A stretch of 64,000 bases of DNA, taken from contig NC_079879.1 in NCBI RefSeq assembly GCF_029227915.1, positions 12,132,720 through 12,196,719 on the forward strand, written 5' to 3'. The position numbers and the translations under genes are program-made. The notes beneath the pieces were generated by a model, which was not told the origin of the DNA, did no database searches, and saw nothing but the letters and a program-made list of their open reading frames with translations. The stretch comes from Hydractinia symbiolongicarpus. Lineage: Eukaryota. Shown here piece after piece: positions 1-12,839 of this stretch; the stretch's first letter is position 1; each line of letters begins with the position of its first letter.

Positions 1-479
1 CATTAACATAAAATTTTGCGCACGTGGTTTTTCTATTTAATAGAAAAATGTGAGATTTGCAATTTATATAAAATTGATAACTCGTGTTTTTTTTTTAATT
101 TTATTTAATTTCATTTAAAAACGTTTTCGCGATCGATTTTGTTATTATCTGTTAATAGTACTTGATCTGGTTTCCATTCACTGATTGAATGTTTTCTAAC
201 CAACTAAATGTTTTTCTTTACCAGATGGCGGAGGTTAAATATACCAATCTCGATAGGTAATTTTAAAAAGCTATCGCGAATGAATTAATTAATGAAATGG
301 AACATGATGAAATGAGATTAAAAATGAGAATCTTGAAGACGATGAAAACACAGACGCTGTACGGGTAGAGGAAATCATTGCCAAAAGAGTGTGATGTACA
401 TGTAGAATGTTCGGAAAATGACGAAGTACGAATCATAAGCAAAAAAGGTCCCACAGAAGGACCGAAAAGAGAACCCAGA

Positions 480-1203
480 GGAAACTTTGTTTTTCAGCTG
501 AGGAGAAAGACGTCATATTGAGAAACAAAATGCTCACCGATGAATCCATCAACATGGCACAAAATCTACTGCGTAAACAGTTCCCAATATTTGATAGATT
601 CCATGGTACAACGCTTGCGCTGGCTAACGGTTTTGAAAAAATCAAAACATATATATCTGGAAAGTGAAAAAAAAGCTCTGGGAACGAGATTGGCACACAG
701 GATTCCTGCACTGGAATGCATAGCTAATGTGAAACACCCTCCTGAAACAAACAGCATGTGTATCTCTACGATAGTCTAAATTCGAGTACATTTTATGCCT
801 TGGTAACATCCCAAATGGCGGACATGAGCAACTGAAAAGAGAATGTTTTAAATTTTGAGATCGAACAGGTGCAGCGGCAGCTCAATTACGTCGATTGTGG
901 ACTTTTTGCCATGCAACAAGTGTTGCTTTCGCCAAAGATCCGAGGAAACAGAATTACGAAGACGCATCGCTACGTAGCCATTTAGTGAAATGCTTCGAAC
1001 AAAACAAAAAGGAACCTTTCCCAACTGTTAAAAGTAAAATGTTGCATTGCCGAAGAAAATCTACAACGGTTGAATTATTTTGCTCCTATAGAATGCCATA
1101 CTGCAGAAATGATAAAAATGAAGACAAGGATATGGTGGAATGCAACAAATGTCTGGAATGGAAAATGAAACAGAAAATGCAAGCAAAGAAAGCTTGGAGA
1201 TGA
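480..1203 (+). pseudogene. Ulp1/C48 cysteine-protease-like domain remnant with a C-terminal Cys-rich tail; frameshifted and probably transposon-derived
   Basis: Translation across 533-660 gives LTDESINMAQNLLRKQFPIFDRFHGTTLALANGFEKIKTYISG. Translation across 868-918 gives QRQLNYVDCGLFAMQQV, which matches the C48 catalytic signature Q-x-N-x-x-DCG-x-F. ORF 895-1203 ends in CSYRMPYCRNDKNEDKDMVECNKC. The reading frame switches several times, so this is a decayed copy. Confidence 0.5.
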
Positions 1204-1394
1204 AGTGTGAACGTATTTTGGAGCATTTTTGGCTGATTAGAATAAGAGTTATTGCTTTGCAGTATACTGGCTGAACTTGGTTAAATTTTTTTTTTTGCGA
1301 AATTTTGAACCTACCAATGGACTCTTGTAACTAATGTTTTCCATATTAAAGTGCGTACGAATATACAGTTCCTAAGATTGAAGTGTTTTTTTTA

Positions 1395-1497
1395 TCGAAG
1401 TGTCTGCTGCACCGGTACCGGAATCGTACATCGAAAAACTACTGAACCGGTACCGGATTTCTCCGGCTCACAGCTAGTGAACCGGCACAGGATTTTT
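1395..1497 (+). repeat. Left terminal inverted repeat of the MULE element
   Basis: Direct comparison with the reverse complement of 3177-3285. Confidence 0.75.
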
Positions 1498-1794
1498 CAG
1501 CAAAGTTCCTAGTTTTTTGTGTAAAATTTTATTTAGACAACAAAGACGGTAAAATAAGTATTACTAGAAATGGTAATGTTTCATACCCTGGAAAACATCA
1601 ACTTAGAGAGGTTCTTGCGAAATACATGTTTAATCCCTTGACCGTTTGGAACGTTTCAATAGAATGATTCGTTTCAAAGAAGCAAAAGCCTGGTTTCTAT
1701 TTCGTGGATACAACCCCTTGCATATTAAATAAGTAAGCTGTACTGCTTTCATACGCGGAGAAGATATTCTTTTTCGCTGAAGAATTTCATAGTT

Positions 1795-2130
1795 TTGATA
1801 CGGCATCTCGATAGGTATAAATTCACTATGTTGATTAGTTTTGTTGTTGGGGAAAAATTTTCGACTTTTCAAGAATTGAAAACAAAATTAGATACATACA
1901 AAGAGAAAAATTTTGTTGATGACTACGTTAGAGATATTCGAACTGTTAAGGCTTCACAAAAAAGATTGACTAAAATAATAAAACCTGAGCTTCAGTACTA
2001 TGAATTAAAATATGCTTGTGTTCATGGTGGAAGAAAATTCAAAGGAAGAGGCTCTGGACAACAAGTACGTAATTTGTTTACATTAATTAGCGACCCTGTT
2101 TCCAGACCTCTTTATTACTGTGTTCTATAA
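1795..2130 (+). pseudogene. N-terminal (FAR1/MULE-type putative DNA-binding) region of a MULE transposase; a fragment
   Basis: ORF: GEKFSTFQELKTKLDTYKEKNFVDDYVRDIRTVKASQKRLTKIIKPELQYYELKYACVHGGRKFKGRGSGQQ. The spacing of F, S, Y and the KY/C/GR motif resembles the FAR1-like N-terminal domains of Mutator transposases. This is inferred from family knowledge. Confidence 0.45.
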
Positions 2131-2424
2131 AACTGTTTTTTTTTATATTTCTTTAAAGCAAGACTGCAAGTTTTCGCTCGCTTTGCGAGTAAATGAGTCT
2201 GGACAATTTTTAGAAGTAAAAGAATTTCACGCAGACCATACTCATGAATTAAAAAGGGTAGGCAATTTTAATTATCACTTGTCCGAGACTCATCTACCTT
2301 TATCAATAGCTATATAGTTTCATTGAATATATAACAAGATTAAAATCATAATATAAATTATTATTTGCATTTTTTTGTTACTTCTAGGAGCTTTACAGGC
2401 ATTTACCTAACCAGAGAAAGCTAA

Positions 2425-3151
2425 ATGACACTTTGCTTTTATTTTGAGGCCGTCGTTAAGGTTAAAACGACGACGTCATTAGCGCTCACTGAGATAGTAT
2501 TTTTGTGTGTTTACCATTCCTCGCATTTTTTTCTAGATTCCTCAGTTCATTTATGCAGTGACGTTAACGACAATTTCAAGGGTTTATTTTTTCAAGATGA
2601 GGAAATGAAGGATGCGTATGAAGCATATCCAAAATTGATTTGTGTTGATGCTACCTATAAAATAACTGAGCTAAGAATTCCAGTTTACATCATGTTAGTG
2701 GAAGATTCGATGGGGCAACGTCGCGCTTCTTGCTATGGAAGATAAGGAAACATTGTCCTGGTTTTTGGAAACTTTTAAACAAAACAATCCTTCTTCAGAG
2801 AATCTTCGTGTGGTTATTTCGACAAAAAAAAAGATTATCCTTTCGTGGATTGTTGCACTACAACGAGCATCAGACGTTGTTAAAGAAAGTAAAAAGATCA
2901 GCGTCAAGGACAAAGAAGTGTACGATACTTCGCCGACAAACGCTGTTCTTGATGAAAGTGTAAGGCGATATTGTGATGAGCTTGCCTGGAAGAAAGTGGA
3001 AAATATGGTGGCTACACGAAGGAGAAAGCCAAATTGGAGAGGTGCTCAACGTGCCAGCATGTATTTCGCAAGAACCTCTCTAAGTTTTTCAGGGTATGAA
3101 AAATTACCATTTCTAGTAATACTTATTTCATCGTCTTCGTTGTCAAAATAA
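2425..3151 (+). pseudogene. MULE transposase catalytic-domain fragments; frameshifted
   Basis: ORF 2425-2745 contains LICVDATYKITELRIPVYIMLVEDSMGQRRAS, matching the MULE DxTY..N.Y..PL motif. The +1 frame continues with LAMEDKETLSWFLETFKQNNPS (ORF 2735-3151). The domain is split across frames, so it is non-functional. Confidence 0.65.
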
Positions 3152-3176
3152 AATTTTACACAAAAAACTATGGAGT

Positions 3177-3285
3177 TTGCTGAAAAATCCTGTGCCGGTT
3201 CACTACCTGTGAGCCGGAGAAATCCGGTACTGGTTCAGTAGTTTTTCGATGTGCAATTCCGGTACCGGTGCAGCAGACACTTCGA
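3177..3285 (-). repeat. Right terminal inverted repeat of the MULE element
   Basis: Reverse complement matches 1395-1497. Confidence 0.75.
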
Positions 3286-6200
3286 CCTGAAAATGGAGCG
3301 CGTGCTAAAGGTTAAACTAGCTGATCTTCTCGAAACCGATCTAAAGGATGTTGAAGTAATGCAAATTAAGTTGCTGACATCTGAAAGTGTTGAACTCGTA
3401 TACTCCACCAAAAACATTTTTGTCACTGATGTTGTGAAAAAGTGATTAAGTTAAAAGTTTTTTCATTTCATTATTTTGTATTATTTTGTTATGTGGCTGG
3501 TCAACATCAGTTTTGTTATATAAAGTTTAACTAAAAACCATCTCTAAATTGATGTTTCTTAATTTTTGTATCCTCTGCACCAGCCTGCGCATACCATTTT
3601 CGCTGAAAAAACAAAAATCCTTCAGTTTTGTCTCGCTTTGCTTAAGAATAGTTTGTACGTCACTACGCTATTGTTATCTTTTGCATGGTTCTTAATAATT
3701 ACCATGACGTCACTGAAATCGATTGTTTTTCCTAATAATTATGCGGTTCTCATGATTTCATTCTCGATTCTAAAACACAATATAGAGCCCTGCGTTAGTA
3801 GTAGTAGTATTGTGTATTTTTTCGTGAGAGAGAGTTACAAGTTCGTTTATATATACAAGTTTGTATCGTTTTAAAGTAAATAGAGAATATACATCAGCTA
3901 GTAAAATAAAGATCTTAAACCATACGAAAAAAATTAAAAGACTGAGTGGGGAGCTTGCAGAAAGCAATTTTGCCTTATCACTAAGTCCCACAATAAGTTT
4001 CGTTATAGTAGAGAGTTATTATTCGTTGTTGTTGTTTTGGAGATCCTTTGTAATTAACCACTCCCCATCGTAGTTCGTTATGATACGGAAAAGCCGGCAT
4101 GTGGGACCAGGACCCCGGACGCAAAGGTGGGACCAAGAATTCAATTTTTAATAAATATCTTACGGACCGGATTATTATATACAGAAGTGTTAAAACGCAG
4201 ATGATATTAGTGTTTTTGACAATATTTCGCGCGGCAGGAATTTTCAAAAAATAGAAAGAAAAAACAAGACATGAGTGTTGACAAATTTTTGGAAACAAAA
4301 AAGCGTAAATGTAACAAAGAAGCGTGTATAATATGTATAATATTAATAAGCAAAAAACACCTTGCAGAAAGGAACAAGACCGAAACTACCCCAAAATGTT
4401 TCGGAATCACTGTCGCGTTTAAGCTTTTCAAATTATTTTAGCGGAATAACTATCCCAACGCACTGGTACTTTGCGGGGCTCGAACGCATGGTGCTCTGTA
4501 CGTTCGCTCTCCATCTTCGTTCTAATACAATTATTTACAATCGTTTACTAAAATAAATTTGAAGACGCATAGTCATAAAGTTATTTATGAATTATTGTAC
4601 ATAATTTATTAATCTTGCTTACCAAATAAATTGATTATTAATAATTGATTGCATAAACTGATAGGTTACATTGTGTTCAAACACTGCTACCGTTTGTTGC
4701 CGACAGGCTTTCATTGTTATATTGGAAAGGGCCAACACCGGTAATCTAAAAGAGAAGAAAAAGGCCCTGGGATCGAGGTTGGAAAAGGTCAGCGGTAGCC
4801 CTAATAAGCCGACTTCGTGTAAAAGGTCGTGTAGAAACAAAACGAAAACGAAACAGTATTAAACGCTGCTAGATAGTAGCTGGCTGGTTAAATGTTTAGC
4901 ATATGATGAGAATTCAAAAACAGGCTTGGGTATTTTAAATAAACTTTTATTTTTAAGCTAAAAAAATGCTAACCGCATGCTCATAAAAAAAAAAACGATT
5001 TTTAAAAAATTATGAGTTTAGCTGTCAAGGTTTTGAATTAGAAAGGTCATGGTATGGAATAGTGTACGTAAATCATTTGTTGACATTTGACCTTTTTAAC
5101 CACAGACAAAAAAATACAATGTGTTTTATGTTGACCTTTATGCAGAGAAAATCATTCAAAATGTTTTTGTCACAGTAATGAAGATAGAAACATCACTGCA
5201 GGTATTAACATTACTAAAGTAATTTTCAGACTTGTTGTCCTGTTTGTCAGTCTTTTGAAAGTTTAGAAATGACTGGCATTGTGGCTTAAAAATTTACTTA
5301 TCCTCTTGTGTCCAGTGCTTTTTGTAAAAATAAATGCAAGAAAAAGAGTCCTAAAGGTAAAAAGAATGCAAAGTGAAAAGATACTTAAAACAACACAAAA
5401 TATTAAGCTTTTAAGCAATCATGAGCCTCTGATATTTTCTGAGAGAACAAAATAAAAAGCTACAGGCTTAAATCATGTATAAATTTTCAAATCTAATTTC
5501 TTTCATATTAGGATAAGAAGAAGATTATGAATTCTCTTGCAATTCTCTTTAAATAAGTTTTTTTACTTGCAGTTGTTTCTTTAATGACCGCAAAGTAATA
5601 TTAGTATTGACCAGCGATGTTCATAAACACATTTCAGAAAATAAGAACAAAAAAAGTTTTTAAGTTAGCCAACCCTAGCTATCACCTATTGTCTCTTTGT
5701 CATATCAGAACGGGGAGACAAAAATCTCCTTATCCAGATATGGAAAAAGACTCAACAGCCTGGGAACAAGGGGCATAAATGCTCCAAAATAAGAATAACA
5801 AGCCATAAAGCAGATTTTACTGGTTCCTATACTAAACTGTGTATATATATATTACTTTTAAGAATCCATGATGAAAAAAGTTTAAATCAAAATATTGCAT
5901 GATGAAAACATTTTCTTCTTATATAAGCCTTTTTCTATGCACATTGCTTCTTTTAGTAACATGCTGTCCACCCCTTTGCCTGGGTTCTTTTTCACTTTAG
6001 ATGTCAATACAATGTTTCTTTTCTTGCTCATGCTTTTCCAATGTCAAGATGTGACAAACGATCCTGGGCATGAGGTTGACAACTCGTTTCTTGGTATTGA
6101 TTTGTTTCCTTCACTTCAATAGTTCGCATTTTTCTTTAATCTCTTTTTTTTGAACGCAACAAGATGCAGACTCAAATCTTGATTGATGCACAGAACGAGT

Positions 6201-6439
6201 AAAGGTTAAGAATATTAAGGCGGGTTTTTACTCAAACAAATGTGGTTGAATCCATTGACATTGGTTAAATCGATGTTATTAAAAATAGAACATTGCATAA
6301 GCTTACTAACGTAATGTAAACAAATGTAAACAAATTGTCAAAGAAATAAACATTCACTGCCGCAGATTGCTTTTCTTCTTACGGATGATTTCAATATTTG
6401 TTGGGCTACAAGAGTCAACAGAATCTCATAAATACCAGA

Positions 6440-6700
6440 GGTCATTCGAAAAAGTTGATGTGGCTTTTTTGCACAAATAACATGATCAAGAAGAAACTAT
6501 TATATAATTACTAGTTAATAAAGCCCGTGAAAAAATCCACTTGTGCAGATGAAAAACGAAAAAGAAGCGTCATTTAAATTATGATGACGTCAGCAACCCA
6601 TCCATAAAAAAATAATTTAGAACCTTGTTTTCATGTTGCCTCTATTATGTAGAGCTTAAAATGCTGATCAAGAAAATGTACATGATCATGCGCTTTTGAT
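6440..6700 (+). repeat. Copy 1 of an interspersed repeat with a MITE-like sub-terminal palindromic motif
   Basis: 6518-6700 matches the reverse complement of about 12845-13035 over more than 180 bp. The shared stretch is actagt-aataaagcccgtg-aaaaaatccac ... gatgacgtcagcaaccc ... gttgcctctat. Confidence 0.6.
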
Positions 6701-6719
6701 GAGCAGTTAATGACCCTGG

Positions 6720-7010
6720 TAATGCGTTCTGGCTTCAAATGTGGATTATATGGTTTCAAACCGGTTTATCCACATTGAAGCCAGATATGAAAAAAATTCT
6801 AGCTTTATAATTTCTGAAAATATATAAACTGGCTTCAAATTAGATTCTTCTGGCTTCAAAAGATTGAAAAATGTATGAACTGGCTTCAAGGTGGATTCTT
6901 ATGGTTTCTAAATGCGGCTTCAAGTTGGTTTCTTTGGACTTTGAGAATTCTGGAACTTATGCTAGTGGCTTCAAACTGGCTTCACTCTGGTTTTGAGAAT
7001 TTTGAACTTT
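6720..7010. repeat. Degenerate minisatellite built on the motif (a)ctggcttcaa, about 9 copies, beginning with a 16-bp-stem hairpin
   Basis: The tggcttcaa motif recurs every 25-40 bp. The first copy forms ggcttcaaatgtggat ... atccacattgaagcc. Confidence 0.6.
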
Positions 7011-10000
7011 CAAATTCGATTGGTTTAAGAAAATGTTGAAATTTAAAGGCAAAAGAAACCAAAAAGAATCCACCCATGGCCAAAATTTGGATTTCACTAG
7101 ATTTCGAGATATTTTCAAAGCGAGATTGATATTAAATTATTTGTGCTTGATACAACGACCTATATAGGACAGAAAATCCACTTTTTACAAGAATAAAAAT
7201 AAAAAATAACATTTTGACACAAAAAAATAAATATCTCCTACTAGATCCTTTTCTTTTATCCTCACAAATTCATATTCAAATAAAGGTAATTACAATTGCC
7301 AGTACTTTTAACTGTTTTTTCAATCTCCTTCAACAGTGTTCGGTATGCGTGCAACACATAGAAATTCTTCATTGCCACTAATTAGGAATAATTTTTCTTT
7401 GATATTTTTCGCATTCCCAAAAACTACACTATGACTAAAATATAAAGAACTTATTTAACTACAGTAGCTCCAGAATTACATTGCAAGCAGAAGACAAAAT
7501 AAACAATTTTTGCATTCAAATAGAACACACCATACCTTTCCTCCTGCACTCTCATTAACTGACTACACTTGTACATTGGCAAAACAGACCAGTCATTAAT
7601 TCTTTTTAGTGGATGTCCAACATAAAGCACCATGTTTTTCGTTTTAACATAAATAAAATAATGTAGTATCACCAAAGAAACATCACTATTTTCATTGACA
7701 ACTGCAGCAAAGTTTATTGTCTTTTTGCTTCTTTTATACTCAGTACAGGTGTATGATATGTTTTTTATTTTTAGACGGAGATATTTTTTTCAAAACATCC
7801 GTTACTGTTATATTGAATTGCTTGAGTAAATTAATAGTTGCGTTGGAAGACGGAATTGCTTGAGAAGGATCACCAAAGCAACACCAATCAAGAGTTGAAG
7901 CCCAGCTTTGATATCTAGTAAATGCAATAAATGTGAGTTTGTAAGTTATTTATACATAAGGTTCCTTCAATTTCCTATCAAAAATGATCATTTTATTTTC
8001 TATATGTACTTTCTTGAATGAAGCAATGGACCCAAAAAGTCTTTGACCACCTGACTATTTCCAGACGAATCATTGATTCTATGAATATTCTTCAGACCAT
8101 TCAATGAAATTGAAATCTGAATAAAAAACACATTGAATTTATTAATGCCCAAATTTCTGTTGTTCACACTGGCTGTATTTCAGCATACCTGACAACATCC
8201 ATTTTTTGTTCCATGAATTTGCTTAACCATTCAAGCTTTTCGAACCCAAAGCATGACCATGCCCATAATGGACCCCACCATTTAACATAATTTCACAGAT
8301 GAATTAAATTATGTACATTCAAGCCACTTTTTTCTTCACTATGCTCTATAAATTCAACAGAGCATTTAACATAACTTCCTGCATTTTCACTAATTTAGTA
8401 TCGGTGTTTGCAAGAATTTTGCCCAAATTTTTAAAAAAAAGTGTCCCATGCTTTGCTTCTTGGTATTATGAGTGGCAAATGTTTTATTCCTCGATCATCC
8501 CAAAATTACAGCAAGCTGCAAGAGGCTGGAAGTATACATATACTTTATAGATATTTCTTAAATGTTCCAGTTTCTAGATCTAATTTTTATGTTCCCAGTT
8601 TAAATTTTGTTTAAAATCGTTTTATTTGTAACTGATTTTGTTTCATATTTTCAAAGTTGAAGATTGCTGGATATCAGACAGAAAATGCCAATTTCCATCT
8701 TTTTAAAAAGAAAACAAAAAGTAAGCTCTTTTTCGAGCCTTTTCACAGTGACAACCTGACTGTTATAATTGCTTTATCTAAACTAATAAAGAATGCTATT
8801 TGTCTGACAAAAAATTCGAACCTTAACAATTTTTCAACTTTTTCAAAGATTAAACTATTTTGATATAGCCTTCAACGTACAGTACTTTGTTCAACACTTT
8901 TATAAGCTATTTACTTTTTATCATGACTAGTTAGATTTTCTTTCAATATAGCTTTGAAAAAAGCACTTGAAAGCAAAATAAATTAAAAATATTACATATG
9001 GGACAATTGTAAGTCTTTCAGTTATAAAGTATCTCAGATGTGTGATATTCAGTTTATATTTTCTTTAGGCCCTCTGTTTTGGTCCCATTCGTAACACGAA
9101 ACTGTGTTTTTATTTATCCTGGGTTTTCTTGTAAACAAAATTTATTATAGAGTTTAAATTCTTTATCCACACCAGATATTTTTCTGCAAAGTTGTTTTGC
9201 TTTCTTCTAGTGAAGCTTTTATTAAACTTGATGTACACATGTTTTTTTTATAAGTAACTGGTTGCTACAAAACTGAGGCTGAAATATGGTCAAAAATTAA
9301 GCAACTGCTATGCAACTGCCTAGGCTGAGTTTTGGCAGAGTGGTAAGCAACTTAGGCTGAATTCTACTACACAGTTAGCAACCACTTAGATCAGTCTTTC
9401 GCAAGAAGAATCTGTTCAAAAAATTCCAAAAACATCATTGGTTACTGACCATAACCTTTCTCTGTCCTTGATATTTACTAAATCAGAATGTTTTTCCCAC
9501 ATTTCTATTTGAGTGAAATAAAAAAATAGTTGTAATGTTGATTTACCCTATTTGATGCTATTTTAAACTCATTGCCTGTGTCTGCTTTTTTACTTGCTCA
9601 ATGAGATTCCAGGTTATATTACAGATGCATTTGTACAGATGAAGCAACGATTGAGCAACTTTAAGGCTTAAATTGCAAAAAGGCCTTAGCAACCCCAGGC
9701 TGAACCCAAAAATGCTTATAAAAAAAACCGTGTAACTCACATAAAAAATTTGTGGTCACGACGTGTGGTTTAAAATTGAGCTTTAAAATTGCCAACACAA
9801 AGCAAACATACATTGTATCTAAAGATAACAGGGTAATATTCAAAATTTTTCAACCTTAAGATGTTGACATTGATTTGAAAATTAGGTTGTCATGATACAA
9901 AAAATAAATAGACGGTGGCTGAAATAGGAAACTAGTTTTTGATTTGGCAGCCTGCTGAAATATGCATTGTTATATTAATCTGTGTATATACATGTGAGTG

Positions 10001-10358
10001 AACCTGTGAATTAGAACATGTCATTTTTTAGAAAACGAGATAGAAAAAGTGATGTGTTAAAAATATGTCCCTTTTTACTATATTTACACAGTCCTTTTTT
10101 TACATTATGTTTGAATCTTCCTTTTAAAGACATTGTTTCAGCGTCATTCCAAATGAAATTACTGTGGTCTGACACACTCTCTGCAAATTTAATAAAGTTT
10201 GGTACACTCGTTCCAATGATCTAATTTTATCTTATAATTGATTTAGGAAAAACTAGTAACTAGTAAATCGTATAACTCTAATGTAATGAATTTATTTTTA
10301 TTTATTGTTTAGTGAATAGATAGAAGTTAATAAAAGTCAATGCTGAACAGGTCAAGAG

Positions 10359-10481
10359 ATGTTTTCAAACTGTGTTGTGACACTGGACCTAGGAATCACA
10401 GCTTCACTTAAAGAGAAACAACATCTGCGTCAGATTGTTACCAAAAATGGTGGTGTTATTAGTTATATTGTTACAAAAAAA
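10359..10481 (+). CDS. PARP4: PARP4 exon 1 (start codon; BRCT N-terminus)
   Basis: MFSNCVVTLDLGITASLKEKQHLRQIVTKNGGVISYIVTKK, followed by a gtaagt donor. It matches the start of human PARP4. Confidence 0.8.
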
Positions 10482-12702
10482 GTAAGTCTTAATAACATTT
10501 AATTTCTTTTGTGGAATGCTTGAACAGAAATAGCAATCAGGAGTCATTGCGACAATTTAAAATTTTGTCCAACTTGTGTAAATATTATCAGCTTTTAATT
10601 ATACTACCTATATACTTGTTTCTTCATTTAAAAACAGTACAGCTACAGCTTGAATGTTATAGAATTATAATTAAAGCAAAACACGGTATTTTCTCTAACG
10701 GATTTTGAATGTGCTCATTGACAGGCCTGACTTTGAAATATAATTGGCCTTGAATGTACCTTTATATGCAATATATATATGAATGACCTCATGTTTTCAG
10801 AAAGAAGCATCATGCATCTTTTGTTTATATGACGACTTAATCATTTTTAATCAAATTAAATATTGTCGTAACACCCTCCTCTCTTGTTATTTTCATTATT
10901 TTTATTGTTGTTATCCCGACCATTCATTCTCGATAAAATTCTTTTATTTCGCCGACCAACCGACCATAAGCTTCTATCGACTTTGCCTGTAGAACAACTA
11001 ATTAAGTTGGAGTTGCCTTATAACACTTTTAACCATCAAACTGTGAAAAAAAAAATTTAACAGAGCCTTGGCATGCCATTTTTAAAAATAATTGCTGTAT
11101 TTTGCTGGTCAAAAAATTTTGTCATTTGAGGGGAGTGGGGCTTTTACAAAGTGTTTGTTTACCACATTTTATTGTTACGGTTAGAATGGACGAGTTGCAA
11201 ATGTTTACCAAGTTCCTATTATGCACATGCATTCTGACAGGCAAAAACAGAAGTACCACATCAGACAAATTGGCTATTATATAGTTTTCTATTTAAAGAT
11301 TTTAAGGAAGAAAAAATTAAAAAGGACATCTATTCTTTCCGTAAAAATTGACTGCTACAAGTAAATCCTAACAATATATTTATGAAATAATAACAATCAT
11401 GGCTTTACATTGTGTACTTTGGGGTATACATGATAAGGGAAAGATGGCTACCCCAAATAGTTCTTGCCTAATTGTTCTGCAAAAATTATTTAACAAGTTT
11501 AAACATACTCAAACCCAAAACAGCCACTGGGGACTTAAAATATCGTCCAGCCTCTGATGTGGCTGTCTCAAACAGGTTTTTTCGTTTTAGTCTTCGCCAC
11601 AACTGATGTTTGGGACATTTGTTTTCTGTTTCTGAATAGAAAATAAATTGTCGCCTCCACAGGCATTATCCATATGGGAAAGTGAATAGTGTTTGTTTGT
11701 CAAATTAGGCAGGTAGTTGTCTTATAGAGTAGCAAATGACCATAAATCACTTAACCTGGACCAAAATGTGGTTATCTTATACAGGTGGTCATTGTAGCGG
11801 GTTTTACTGCATATAGATAGTATATTTTATCATAAAAACTATACCAAAAAGCCTTTTACATTTTTATTATGTCTTCATCAACTGTCAAACAAATTTTGCA
11901 TAAACTCTGAAGTCCCAATGCTTATTAGTTATTATTTATTCTGAAATTAATATTTTAAAAAAAAATCGAAAGATTGGGTAATTACTGGATTGTACACTCC
12001 AGGAGCTCTAAGTAGCTGTAATTGCATAAAATTTTCCAGAAGAGCTGGCCCAGACTCAATGATTTTCAGTTATCTTTGTTTCCTTACCTTATACGGTTTG
12101 CATTTAGTTTGACCCCACTAACTGTGGGTTGGAAGATCTAATGTCATTTAATGTGAGCCATCGATTTGATCAGTGTTACTGTCAACATTTGCGATTTTTG
12201 CACCTCGGCCAATCCAAGATTAGCTATCATTTTATTTGTAAAAATATGTCTGCAATCTTATGGCAATAAAAATCTCTGAATCTTTATCACATGTTTTTAA
12301 CCTCGTAAGCGATCATTTTCCGTTGCTTATCCAATTTTACTATTTGTGAACAATAATTTTTTATTTATGATGTTGATAGTGTGCTCTTCTAAACATTTTC
12401 GAAAAGTGACAGTTACTTCAATAGCTGCATCCAACCCTGCTCTGGATTGTAATCCATCCATTTTTTTTGAATAATATTATTTTTGTTTAAACAGTATTAT
12501 GTACAACTTTGAAATTATAAAGAAACATGAGGAAAACCTGATGGACAAATATCAATCACTGTTGTACAGTCTACTAACGTACACACATTAATTTTCAAAG
12601 AAATCTAAAACAATCATTTCCGCAAAAGACCAATTAATTGAATCTCATTATATTTAAACGAAAAAGGTGGAAATGTTCTCTTTAACCACTGTTTAAAATA
12701 TC

Positions 12703-12765
12703 TATATAATAATACGCTAAGTGTGTCTGTCTGTGTGTCTGTGACAGGCAAAGTGGATGTCTTCA
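12703..12765 (+). repeat. Terminal segment of an interspersed repeat family (ctatataataatacgctaa-(gtct)n-gcaaagtggatgt)
   Basis: Near-identical to 59783-59840, with 1-3 differences. Confidence 0.55.
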
Positions 12766-12839
12766 TTTTCCTTTGATGTTGCCGAAAAATGCATGTCTAA
12801 AAATTTTTTAATTTAATTTTTTCAATTTTTTAAACCTTT

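Larger units (their letters stand above)
1395..3285 (+). mobile_element. Non-autonomous or decayed Mutator-like (MULE) DNA transposon bounded by terminal inverted repeats of about 105 bp
   Basis: 1395-1497 is the reverse complement of 3177-3285 with very few mismatches. The shared terminus is TCGAAGTGTCTGCTGCACCGGTACCGGAAT. Internal ORFs carry a MULE transposase domain. No clear target-site duplication was found. Confidence 0.7.

Noticed and set aside
263-1203. Individual six-frame ORFs in this region (263-454, 433-711, 540-779, 566-757) as separate genes
   Set aside because: They are overlapping frames of one decayed Ulp1-like remnant and not independent genes.
4430-4860. Possible SINE or tRNA-derived element (ggggctcgaacgcatggtgctc ... 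ggccctgggatcgaggttgg)
   Set aside because: No convincing tRNA cloverleaf or A/B-box pair could be derived by eye. The GC-rich patches may simply be TE fragments.
7451-7675. Minus-strand ORF (..YVGHPLKRINDWSVLPMYKCSQ..) as a recombinase or integrase fragment
   Set aside because: No recognisable catalytic motifs. It is short and isolated.
10250-10358. PARP4 core promoter or TATA elements upstream of the ATG
   Set aside because: AT-rich sequence has many TATA-like strings. A non-coding 5' exon cannot be excluded. No call was made.
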